Below are positions 36,780-47,687 of a stretch of DNA of 64,000 nt, one piece after another. Numbering within the stretch: position 1 is the stretch's first letter; each line of letters starts with the position of its first letter. The notes beneath the pieces are model-generated. The model was not told the DNA's origin and did no database searches. It saw only the letters and a program-made list of their open reading frames with translations. The stretch covers positions 1-64,000 of IMG/VR virus record IMGVR_UViG_3300046170_000519; one strand, written 5' to 3'. The translations under genes were made by a program, and so were the position numbers.

Positions 36780-37816
36780 AATAGATTATCCTTGTTTAAT
36801 TCGCGTAACTCTTTTAATAATTCTTTTATTTTAAACCAACTTTTATCCGCAGGAAACAATTCTGCATGATAATTACTCTCAGTAGACCTATATAAATCAT
36901 CTGCAAACTCTTCTAGTTTAACTAATTTAATCAACATTAATTCTTTTGGAGTTAATTTCTCGTATAGTTCTTCATTGGTTGCGAAGAGACTAACATCGGG
37001 GTGATCACCGATTTTCTTGATTGATGCGTCCATTATGCTACCCCCTTTGCTAATCTTTTAGCTTGTATTTGTTTCAACCTGCGATCTGCTTCTCGTTGTT
37101 GGGCGAGAATACCTTCTGTCGCCTCATTATAACCTAAGAACCTGCGAGTGAAAGCGAATGGGTCTTTGCCCTTTACTTTATTCATTACTGATGTTGCTCT
37201 TGCGCATTTTGCTATATTAGCCATAATTTTTCCTCCTATTTGAATGTTATGATTACATCCTAGTCTAAATTCTACCCCTTGTCAAACTTTTTTTAATTGA
37301 ATTGTTCTTTTTCCTTCTTCAGTTTGTATTCTAATTAATTCTTGCTTTTGTTTTCTAGCAATTCGAGAGGCTTTTCTTATTGCCATTGCCTCGCCTCGAT
37401 ATTCGTCAACGATTTTGCCGAAATTTAAAACTTGAAAAAATTCTTTAAAATTAGAGTGTTGAATTATTTTAATCATTTTAATTTAATTCTATATTATTTG
37501 GTTGATTATTATTTAGCATATTATTTGTTTCAATTTCAGCGCAAATCTTATCTTGCATAAAATCATTTATATAATATTTATTTGTAAAAATATTTTTAAC
37601 ATTTAATCCGTTATTTGTTATTTGATTTAATTCATTTTTTACTTCATCTATCATACCCTCAACTATTTCTAATGCTTGTTGCTTATTTTGCTTCTCTCCT
37701 GTTTGAATATTACTCAATATTTGATTATCATCTAAATCGTGATCCATACGATTTGCTTCATGGCGAATGAATAATATTTGATCTAATTTTTCATTGATTT
37801 CTTTTGCTAGATTCAT
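36776..37816 (-). CDS. Small hypothetical genes 36776-37033, 37033-37224, 37282-37476, 37478-37816
   Basis: Packed co-oriented ORFs; TTGACA-17-TAGGAT promoter with an SD-containing leader upstream of 37224. Confidence 0.65.
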
Positions 37817-37974
37817 AATTTTCCTTTTTTAACACTTTTCACGCTTTATTTGGCTTTGAATAAGTTCAATCTAAATAAAAATTATTATAAAGTCAAGTGT
37901 AAAATTAAATTATTTATTATTTAATAAAATTTTGTATTAAATTATTTTGCCTTTATAGTGTACTATATGTTGGG

Positions 37975-38252
37975 ATGAATAGAGAAATATATAATTACAT
38001 TATTAAAGATTTAGAGAATTCAAATACTTTTTATTGGGTAAATGGAACTCCCGAAAAAAGATTAATGAGAATAAGAGAGTATGCTTGGCACTTATTAACA
38101 AATATGAGTGATGAAAGATACAAGCATTACGAATTATTAATAGAAACAATTAAAAAAAATAAAAAATGACATTCTTAGAACTTTGGGACGCGTTTTTATT
38201 AACGACAATAATTATTTTAATTATTTTTATTTTACTTCCAGATAAAAATTAA
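37975..38252 (+). CDS. Plus-strand pair: 37975-38169 (64 aa) and 38166-38252 (28-aa hydrophobic peptide)
   Basis: ATGA coupling; GTGTAC 11 nt upstream of the first ATG. Confidence 0.5.
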
Positions 38253-38267
38253 TCAAGTTATTTCGCG

Positions 38268-38477
38268 CTAATTATCTATCGGGGTGAATGGTGGAAATAA
38301 TGCTATTAAGTTATTTGACGATTCATCATTTACATCAAAAAGAGTAGCAACACATCGCGCACCTATTTCCGTATCTATCCAATACATATCTTTAATAAGT
38401 TGCTTCTCCATTACTTTTCTGAATTTATCATCTAAATGACCTTCAATAAAATTGACGCTCTGATCACCAATATCCAT
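38268..38477 (-). CDS. Hypothetical protein (69 aa)
   Basis: ORF track; SD gagg upstream. Confidence 0.5.
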   Translation of the reverse strand: MDIGDQSVNFIEGHLDDKFRKVMEKQLIKDMYWIDTEIGARCVATLFDVNDESSNNLIALFPPFTPIDN

Positions 38478-38989
38478 TTTTATTCCTCTTTTTTTTATTT
38501 TTTATTATTTCGCGCAAATTTAATTCAATTTTTTATGCTTTTAAATTATTTTAAATTATTGCATTATTTTTTATTTTCAATTATTATTTTTTATTTTTTG
38601 CTATTTTTCTTTATTTTGAAGCGAAAAAAATCCATATTTATTTCGCACATATTTTAAATTATTTTGTTTTGAATTATTTTGAATTTGTTTTTCTTTTTTA
38701 TTTAATATAAAATTTTTTATAATTGCAAATATTTTTAATCTCATCTTATTTTTATATAATTAATTCGCGTACTCTACAATTATTATATTTATAATTCATT
38801 ACATTTCAATATATTTATTATTTCTTGTGTTATTTATTATATTATCTCTTATATTCTCTCTCTATATATATTGTATTATGTTATATATACTAATAGATAA
38901 TGATATATAAAGCAAGCACAAAGTAAAAACTATTTGAAATTATCATTTTCCTGTGTGAATTAATGTTTTAAAAGATTATTTGTAATTAT

Positions 38990-39030
38990 AAAAATGATCC
39001 GCTTTTATGTGATTACGGATCGGGTGATGA
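38990..39030 (-). terminator. Probable terminator after the rII block
   Basis: gatccg...cggatc stem followed by a T-tract on the minus strand. Confidence 0.5.
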
Positions 39031-39224
39031 AAGCATTACCAAGGTAAAGAGAAAACCTCGCCACAATACCCAAAATCATTTACTTTTCCCAAGTTTACAA
39101 AGATATTCGCTAATAGCTTTTTGCTCTTTTTTGCTATAAGACCTATAAGGGTTAGCGAAAAGTTTTTTTAAGAAACTCATTTCTTCTACTGATATTTTTT
39201 TATCTTTCTTTTTTTTATCCATTA

Positions 39225-40409
39225 TTAAAAGGGAGTATCTTCAATAACTATTTGACGAGAACCTAAAGGTAAGAGAGAGGCATCATAGCTAGAGTCAACC
39301 ATCACATCGTCTAATTTTGAAACTATTTTAGCGACGCCATTATACCCCACATGATTATTTTTGCATATCCTTAAATCAGCAATTTGTTTAATAGTTGGAT
39401 TTATATTTGATAAATGTTTTTTATTAATATAATTTTTTATAGAAATCTCTACTAAATCTGAATCTTTTACTAAATCATCATCATCATCATCATCATAATT
39501 ATCATGTTCATCAAGATCATATTCAATACCCGAACCATCATCAACATTTGATTCCATATCTACATAATCTGAATCATCATCGTAATTTTCATCATCATTA
39601 TCATCATCTGATCCATAAATAGGCTTATTAGCCTCGTAGACAGGTTTATTTAACTCTTTTCTTGCATCAGTAATATCAGAGATTACCTTATACTTAGAAA
39701 CTCTAAGTTTTTGAAAATCGCAATCAGTTGGTACAGATACTGCATCAGCAGGATCAAACTCTACTAGAAGCAACTTTCCACCTTCTCCTGCCCAACTATC
39801 AGCATAATCAAATGAACCAACATGAAGACCAAAAGAGCAATGATTATCCTTATTATCATCTACACATCTGCGAGCAACTTCAATTGTTGCACCAACCTCA
39901 TTGAGAATTTGATGGCGAGCATTGGTTTTGCCTTGCAATACGATAGTGTCAGCATTGCCTGTTGTACTCCAATAATCGGATTGTACACCTTTGTAGCCCA
40001 AAACTTTACCTTCGGGAGTATTCGCAAGAGACTTATAACTCATAAAAGAATAAAGTTCATTTACTGAATTTGCACTTGGATTAGCTTGTAAGCGAGTAAT
40101 AAAATTGGTGAGGGGGGCAGAATCTTTCATTCCTGCACGAAGCATATCGAGCAATTTATCAACAACAACGCCATGTAAACGATGACCTTTATAATAAACA
40201 ACTTCGTCTTTGACTTCAATATCGCCTTCAACAAAATTTTCAACCGCCTTAACAACATCAATAAGATCACCAAGATCGTCATACCTAGCATCAAGAATAG
40301 CTTTCTTGGCAAGTTGGAAGTTCACATGATCCTTGCGGATTGTGTGGGGTTTACCTTCCCAAAAGATTGTAATTGAATTTTCTGTTAACTGATATGGTAC
40401 TTGATTCAT
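39225..40409 (-). CDS. rIIB: RIIB-like protein (394 aa)
   Basis: FITRLQANPSANSVNELYSF...TPEGKVLGYKGV...RRCVDDNKDNHCSFGLHVG...DAVSVPTD....KLRVSKYKV; adjacent to rIIA. Confidence 0.85.
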   Translation of the reverse strand: MNQVPYQLTENSITIFWEGKPHTIRKDHVNFQLAKKAILDARYDDLGDLIDVVKAVENFVEGDIEVKDEVVYYKGHRLHGVVVDKLLDMLRAGMKDSAPLTNFITRLQANPSANSVNELYSFMSYKSLANTPEGKVLGYKGVQSDYWSTTGNADTIVLQGKTNARHQILNEVGATIEVARRCVDDNKDNHCSFGLHVGSFDYADSWAGEGGKLLLVEFDPADAVSVPTDCDFQKLRVSKYKVISDITDARKELNKPVYEANKPIYGSDDDNDDENYDDDSDYVDMESNVDDGSGIEYDLDEHDNYDDDDDDDLVKDSDLVEISIKNYINKKHLSNINPTIKQIADLRICKNNHVGYNGVAKIVSKLDDVMVDSSYDASLLPLGSRQIVIEDTPF

Positions 40410-40506
40410 CTTTTCTCCTTTTTTTTGTTTAATATATCTATATCTTATATTGATTGTTAGTTATTGTCAAGTTTTTTTTAAAAAAGTTTTGAGGGGAGAG
40501 AATAGC

Positions 40507-42795
40507 TCAATTCTCCCCCCCCTTTACATCACACAAGGAAATATATTCTAAAATAGTTTCGTTGGTTACATTTTTGTCATTGTCTTTTAGACTGACCCAA
40601 TTGCTAACACTACCTGTAACGACTTTAAGTAAAGGGTAATTTTTATCAAGTAATTTAAAATCTTGCATGACCGATTCAGCGTCAACTTTTGTGTCTAATA
40701 CATTATCCAACCATACTTCATCACCCAACTTAACTACATTGATAGCAACACTAAATTTACGATCATCTGTATTCTCTTCCATAAGAAGTTTCCAATTTTC
40801 TGCACAACGAGCAAATAAATGACCATCAAAAAGAGAAAGATCAAATGTATTATTAGTAAACACTTGACCATAAGTCCAACGATATTCAGCGAAATTATTA
40901 TCGGTAGATTTTTTGAATTGAATTATTTTGTATGCTGATTGACATTCTTTTTTATTGTTACGAATGATGTTTTTGCAATAGTCAAGGTAAAAATCAAAGA
41001 ATGATACCCATGTGCTTTTGTCTAATTTTTTGACATCTGCTGAACGCACACCGAATAATTGAAGATTTTTTTCGTCTGAATTATCTTCAGCATTTCTACG
41101 AATACCTTGAGTGATTTTGTAAACTCTGTCAAGATCATAAGATTCACTATCAACTTTGTAGTTCTTGATTGGAACATAAATGATTTTACCATTGACAGAA
41201 CCTTCAACTTCGTCTAGCTCAAGTGAATTGATTGGTTCGTTGACATTTTGCCAATAGTCTGCATTGCGATAAGCATAAGAAGATTTATCCATTCTCATTT
41301 TGAACAATGGAATAGAAGCACGACTTGTACCCGACACTTTACTGCGCACAATCTTTTCTTTCTCTACTAGAGAAGAGTATCTAATATGTTTTGCATCAAC
41401 AAGATCGAATTGCCAATTATCGTAAACTTCTGACTTAGCAGACTCGTTAGTAGGATGAACAATATAAACTCCTTGAAGGTCGGGCAAGTTATTCATTAGA
41501 GTGCGAACTCTAAGATTATTGCCATGAGATGAATCAATATCTTGCATCATCACAAGATAATTCTCTTGACAATAAATACGATTGGTTTTATCTGCTCTTA
41601 CCTTGAATCCATTGCGCGAATCTTTATCTTCAACTTTTTCGTAGTGAGTAATGATAAGATCATCTTGTAATTGATAATCTCTTTGAAATGTCGAATTATC
41701 AATTTTAATACCTTTCCACTCGAAACTATTCTCGAAAACACTTCTTACTTGATAAGGTAAGGCATTAATAACTTGAGCAAAATTTTTCTTAGCTTCCCAC
41801 AAATCTTCACTATCAGCAAGTTTTTCTTTTGCAATAGTTTGAATATCTTGACTAACTTTGTAAAGAATCGCACAAATTTCTTTTTGAGTTGTTTTGTTGT
41901 ATTCTAACGACTCACGACTATGATGCAATCTTACTGCACCAAGAGGCATACGAAAGTAGAAATTACTTTGTTGTAAAAGTTGTTGAATTATATTGCGAGA
42001 TGATTCGTTAGAAATAAAGTTGCTGACATTAATTGCATTTGGATCAATTGGATATGCAACTCTACCCATAAGAACATAAGAATAGTAATGATTATATCCA
42101 TGTCTATTTTCTTCTACAAAGAACCATTCATCAGTTTTACTTGATAAAACTTTTTTAGGAGTTTGAATAAAATCTTCTTCAACTCCAAGAAATTTTGGCA
42201 TATCAGAGTCAGAAAAGAAACGAAAGAAATTTTGCACAACATTTCTAAATTCATCTCTATCATCATCAGAAACTGCAACTTCAATAGATAAACCTGTTGG
42301 TTCATTGCTTGGTTCTTCAAACAACTTTGTGATCTTGGTATCATCATTTTCATCAACAAATACATTGTAAGAAGTTTTTGTACCATCGTGATAAGAAACG
42401 CAAGTAAAGTTATCGCCATAAGAAAGTGGAGCAAACTTACCGATACCAAAAGCACCAATATAATTGTTGGATGTACGTTTAGTTGATTTGCCATACTTAG
42501 AGTAAAGCCCAAAAACATCTTCTTGGCTAAGTCCACCTCCGAAATCACGAACTGCAAAAGTTGGATTCATTGCAGTTGGTAATTTGATCTCTATGGGGCG
42601 AGTGACTCCTGCTTCAGCATTTGCATCTAGTGCATTTGCACTAATTTCGCGTACTACTGCAAGTCTTGTGTTTGAATAATTGTTGCGAAGAAGGGATGCA
42701 ACATAACGCATATCTTCGGCATCAATTGTGCAGTTTACCTGCTCAAAGTCATGCGAGCTAATTACTTCTTTTGATCTTTCTTGTGTGATTATCAT
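40507..42795 (-). CDS. rIIA: RIIA-like protein with GHKL/Hsp90-like ATPase N-terminus (762 aa)
   Basis: YSNTRLAVVREISANALDA, VRDFGGGLS, YGKSTK...IGAFGIG motifs. Confidence 0.88.
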   Translation of the reverse strand: MIITQERSKEVISSHDFEQVNCTIDAEDMRYVASLLRNNYSNTRLAVVREISANALDANAEAGVTRPIEIKLPTAMNPTFAVRDFGGGLSQEDVFGLYSKYGKSTKRTSNNYIGAFGIGKFAPLSYGDNFTCVSYHDGTKTSYNVFVDENDDTKITKLFEEPSNEPTGLSIEVAVSDDDRDEFRNVVQNFFRFFSDSDMPKFLGVEEDFIQTPKKVLSSKTDEWFFVEENRHGYNHYYSYVLMGRVAYPIDPNAINVSNFISNESSRNIIQQLLQQSNFYFRMPLGAVRLHHSRESLEYNKTTQKEICAILYKVSQDIQTIAKEKLADSEDLWEAKKNFAQVINALPYQVRSVFENSFEWKGIKIDNSTFQRDYQLQDDLIITHYEKVEDKDSRNGFKVRADKTNRIYCQENYLVMMQDIDSSHGNNLRVRTLMNNLPDLQGVYIVHPTNESAKSEVYDNWQFDLVDAKHIRYSSLVEKEKIVRSKVSGTSRASIPLFKMRMDKSSYAYRNADYWQNVNEPINSLELDEVEGSVNGKIIYVPIKNYKVDSESYDLDRVYKITQGIRRNAEDNSDEKNLQLFGVRSADVKKLDKSTWVSFFDFYLDYCKNIIRNNKKECQSAYKIIQFKKSTDNNFAEYRWTYGQVFTNNTFDLSLFDGHLFARCAENWKLLMEENTDDRKFSVAINVVKLGDEVWLDNVLDTKVDAESVMQDFKLLDKNYPLLKVVTGSVSNWVSLKDNDKNVTNETILEYISLCDVKGGEN

Positions 42796-43131
42796 TTTGT
42801 TTTTCCTTGTTGTGTGTGAAAATTTAAATTATGATGTTATACTAAATTACACATGAGCTTGTGTCAATACTTTTTTTTGTTTTTTATTCAGAAAGTTCTT
42901 TTGCTACTCTAAGTAACTGATTTAAACAACCAACCTCAAGGATATGAAGTTGCTCTTCTTCTTGTGTTGTGATTGGGTAATTTTTAATGTTTTGAATTTT
43001 TTCTTCAATTAATTGTATTACTTCTTTCATTTTTCTTGTAATTTTTATTTTAACAATTTATTAAATAAATTAATTTGAATATTAAAATTTATTTTAATAA
43101 AGAATTAATTTAAATCTCTAAATATTTTTAT

Positions 43132-45703
43132 TTAATTATAATGTTTTTCGTGTTCTTCTATACCATTTAAAATATCTTCTAAATAATCAGTCATTGTTTC
43201 ACGATCATAAAGCCTTTTACCTTCATCTGTCAAGCTAAAAAGAACAGGCAATTCAATTTTATCGTGATAATCATATCCACTAACTTTATGACATTGTATT
43301 TGGCGAACAGGAGTATGACTCCACTCTACTTTATCTCTAGTATTCATTATTTGCTACCCCCCATTAATATTTTCTAGTCTATTATATTTCACTTCTCTTA
43401 ATTTACTTGCTTTAATTTCTTCCTCAATTAAATTATGTATATTAGTTGTATCTTCTATTGCAGTACCGAAATACATATCAATAAGATCAGCAATTTGATC
43501 AACGCACTCGTACATTCTATATTGATCTCCACCATTTTGTGGAACTCTAAAAGTGACTTTGTCTGTAATGTAATTCATGTCGATATTTTCCTCTTTTGTA
43601 AACATATAGCTATTAATATGTCGATACTCTAAACAGGTTTATTCCATGTGTCAACAACTAAATTCATTTGCTCTGATAAAGTTGCATCTTCACTAATTGG
43701 CTTGAAATGAACGCTAATCTTATCTTCGTAATCAGTATCATCAGTTGGTAAAAAGTGAAGTGTTGACATTTCTCCGTTGAGAATAGCTTCAATGTCGCTT
43801 GGAGTCAAGCCTATTTCTACATTATACTCTTTCGCAGTATTCATTTAAATAAATTCCTTCATTAATTAATTCGTCAGCAGTAAACTCTCTTGGTTCTTCC
43901 CACTCTTCATCTTGCAACCAATAAGTGCCTGTGAAAGAATCATAATCTAACTTATTTAAGTTTTCTTCTATATAATCATCTATGTAATCATTCATATTTG
44001 TACTCTATCTCCTTTTTGTTTTTGTGTCAAGAATTATTTTCGTATGCGTCAATTAAATCTTCTAAATCCCATTCAGTATATTCTTTAATTAATTTTTTTA
44101 AATCTCCATCTACATAAGTTGCTCCACCTGTGCCATCATTGCATATTTGAATATCTTTGATATTAGTTTTGCATTGATAACCAATTCCTTTATTTGTTTC
44201 AAAATATCTAACGCTTGTTACTTTCATAGTTTTAATTCTTTTGTGATTGTTACATCTAGCACTCCATGATTAACTGCACTTTCAACATTAAAACCTAAAT
44301 CAATTAACTTGTCAATAATAGAATGTCTATAATTCCAAATATCTTTATCCCATCCACTATAATCACAAGTAGAAAATGATGATGAGCCTTTTTCGTTTAC
44401 CCTATCTACATGATAGGAAATGTTTTTATTTAATTTTTCTTTAAGTTCTTTCATCTTATATATTCTCTCTCTTGTAAATATTCTTTAAAATTAACTTTAA
44501 ACTCTGCCAACCAATTAGGACATTCCTCTGCTATTTCTGCGACAATCTTCCAAGGATCACCTATAAAGTTATCAATGTCAACATCATAATAGAATTTAAT
44601 TTGCTCTACTAATGGCATATCTTTTATATATTCTTCGTATTTTGGTAAGTCCATGATTACATTATCATAATATTCACACTCATCTTCGTTTGTGCCATCG
44701 TATATTGGTTGTTTCATGTGTTTAAATACTCCTCTCTAACTCTTTCTTTAAATGTCTCAAATTGAGAAACAGATAATTTCAACCATTCCAATTCAAGTTC
44801 TGTATATTTTTCTGCTAAACCCTCATTAAGAACATAATCTTGTAAGAATTTAAGAACATCTTCTAAATTTGTAACATCTTGTTTGTGAATAATCATATTA
44901 GTAAACTAGGTTAATTTGCATGATATGTCAAGCATTTTGATGGTTTTTTAATGAAAAGTTTGTGTTTGTATAGTTAAACAATTATTTTGCATCTTTTATC
45001 ATGCTAAATCTGTTGTGAATCATTTTTGTAATTTTTGATTAACAATTTGATTTATCCATTATCCATGATGCACAAAATGTCTTCTAGGATAGTTTGAAGA
45101 ATGTAAGATGGAATTTCGGGATGATCTTCCACAACTTTATCTATATAATTAATTATTTCGTTTTCTAAGTTCATTGTAATCTACCCCCTGCATCTAATAC
45201 ATTGCGAAGACAACTTGATTGACCTGCTCTTGCAGTAACTTTCTTAGCATGGGCAAACGCACTAGGATCATTAAATGTTTGCATGACCATAGTTGATTTG
45301 TCAAGATAAACATTAAGACCCTTCTTGGGGATCGAGTTTGCTATCTTCTCCGCGCTTGCAATAGACTTTTGTATATCTGCTAAAAATGCTTCTGTTGTGT
45401 TCATGATCGTTACATTAAATTAGTTTTGGTTTTGTGTCAATACTATTTTGAATATTTTTGTAATTCTCCGCTTTTTAAGCCTAACTCTCTTTCTGATTCC
45501 TTTGCAATATTTTCTTTGATTGATATTTCATGGTCTTTGGACAAACAATCTAATAATTCTACAATATTTTTTCCTGTTTTATTTCTATACTCTTCTCCTG
45601 CAAGAAATAAGTTTTCAGTAGTCATTAAAGTAAGATCATCTATTTTTATTAAAATATGATTGACTGCATCTGAACTTCCTCGTAATCCTAATTTTATTTT
45701 CAT
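43132..45703 (-). CDS. Cluster of small hypothetical genes (43132-43347, 43354-43605, 43629-43844, ~43837-43995, 44027-44227, 44224-44454, 44451-44717, 44714-44896, 45171-45404, 45443-45703)
   Basis: Packed ORFs; leaderless promoters at 43995, 44896 and 45404. Confidence 0.65.
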
Positions 45704-45837
45704 AGTTTAAATATTTGCATGGAGAGTATCCATGACTAACTCCGATATAGTAGTAATCGAATTACTTTCTAGTCTTTTTTAGTTGATCAGACAGGGTAGT
45801 TCCGTAGGAATAGGATCAGAAAGAGGTGAACCCAAAA

Positions 45838-45912
45838 TGGACGCATGGATCAGAATCGAACTGACGAATGGGAGTTTTGCAGACTCCTGCCTTACCACTT
45901 GGCTACCATGCG
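45838..45912 (-). tRNA. trnC: tRNA-Cys (GCA)
   Basis: Cloverleaf: acceptor CGCATGG/CCATGCG, U73 plus encoded CCA, D-arm GCC-AAGTGGTAA-GGC, anticodon arm GGAGT-CTGCAAA-ACTCC, T-arm GTCAG-TTCGATT-CTGAT. Confidence 0.95.
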
Positions 45913-45942
45913 AATTAAATTGTTTTGTATTAATATTTGATG

Positions 45943-47007
45943 TTAACTCCCCACTTCTTCTTTCATTTCTTTTTTTATTTCTTCGTATATTTTATATAAT
46001 AAATCTTTTTGAGCATGATAAATCGTCTGTTGTTCCTGCCAAGGTATTTCGTCAAGTTTTCCATGAGTTTCGGGATGCTCTATATTTTTATCAACATTTC
46101 TAACTGCATACAATGCCATGTTAAAACCATGCCTTGCTCCACTATTAAATTCATCGTGTGTCATTATTTATCCCCCCAAAATCCGCAAACACAAGGCTTA
46201 TCGGATACTTTATCAAATAAATTAAATAAAATTTTTTGATTATTAAATATTCTTTTAGCTAATGAATTAATTTGATCGTCACTTAGAACTAAATTATCAT
46301 CACCAATAGGCTCATCTATTTCATAGAGAAAGTTTTGTATTTGTGTTTCTGTAATCATATCAATACCAACAACTATAAAACACTCGATAACCTTTGTCAA
46401 GCATTTTATGAGCTTCTGCGACAAAATTTAAATCTTGTTCTTTGTAATAGTATTCATTTTCGGGGTATGGAACACCTTCTTCTTTTTCCCAAAAATATGA
46501 ATCACTACCCCAAAAGAATCCATTTGATTCGGGTAATTCAAAATTACGAATAGCATCTTCAAGATTATAAAGGTCATCCCTAGTTAGTTGCAACTCAACA
46601 GAGTTAAAGTCACCACTAAAGTCATTTTCGTCTTCAGATGGTTTCCAATTTGGTCTACCCTTACTTTCCCAAAGGTCTTCCATCCAACCTTGCAAGCGGT
46701 TGTGTTTTCTCCAATCGCAAATTGAAACATCTTCGTCACCATTTCTCTTGCGAGGTGGACGAGCATAAGCGTACATATCTAATCCCATAATATTTTCTCC
46801 TTATTTATAATATCCTAATTGTTTTAAGTTGTAATTCATTTTTCCCATTTGAACAACGACTCTATAATTAACCTCTTGTTTTTTTTCTTCAGTTAAATCT
46901 TGAAAATTTTTATATTGTTCTTTAGTCCATTTATCGAAGGCATCCTCGATAGCTTTTGGCATAAGTTTTGGGTCTACTCGATCCGCTCTATTCCATATAT
47001 AAGTCAT
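45943..47007 (-). CDS. Hypothetical genes 45943-46164, ~46164-46424, 46360-46788 (MGLDMY...WRKHN motif), 46801-47007
   Basis: ORF track; TTGACA-17-TAGGAT-6-ATG at 47007. Confidence 0.65.
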
Positions 47008-47038
47008 ATCATTATCCTAATATAAGTTTTAAATTGTG

Positions 47039-47542
47039 TCAAGCACTAAATATTTCATTTACTAATTCCGCTGTTACACGATCTATCTTTTTTTGTTTCT
47101 CGCTAATGAATAAACCAACATGACATTTTGGACAAGAGTAAGATACATTTTTTTTCAACCTATGCCTTTTAAAAGTTAACCCACAACAAGTGTCGATATA
47201 TTTATAGTGGTTGTTTGGATGATTTAATTTTGCCTTTGTGCAAGCCCTTGGTTCTGCACCAATTTCTCTACAAATTGATTTCCAAATTTTACCATGACCA
47301 ATGCCTTTTCGACCATATCTTTCATAAGATAAAGCATGAGCAATTTCATGTAAAATTGTATCTTTTACCTGTGATTGATCATTTAATTCTGTATACCATT
47401 TCGCTAAATAAATTATTTTTTTAACATAACTGCAAGTACCAAGTGAGCGTTTTTTATTATGCCAACGAAATTTCCAATGCCCAAGTAAACCATGCTTGTG
47501 CATTAATATGTGAGTAAGTGCTTGTGCTTTTTTAAGTTCCAT
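47039..47542 (-). CDS. SprT-like zinc metalloprotease (start revised to MELKKAQ)
   Basis: TILHEIAH...GHG..WK motif and C-terminal Cys ribbon; TTGACA-17-TATTGT-6-ATG. Confidence 0.88.
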   Translation of the reverse strand: MELKKAQALTHILMHKHGLLGHWKFRWHNKKRSLGTCSYVKKIIYLAKWYTELNDQSQVKDTILHEIAHALSYERYGRKGIGHGKIWKSICREIGAEPRACTKAKLNHPNNHYKYIDTCCGLTFKRHRLKKNVSYSCPKCHVGLFISEKQKKIDRVTAELVNEIFSA

Positions 47543-47687
47543 AATGAGACAATAAAACACGAATTATGCAATGTCAAGTTTTTAATCAGAATCTATGCTT
47601 AAAATGATTAATATAAATAAAGAAACCAAAACACAACCAATTAAAATATTAAGAGCATAAAAAACATCGGGTAAACTTTCTAATAAT

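Noticed and set aside
38436-38657. Phe/Leu-rich plus-strand ORF
   Set aside because: An artefact of the T-rich low-complexity tract.
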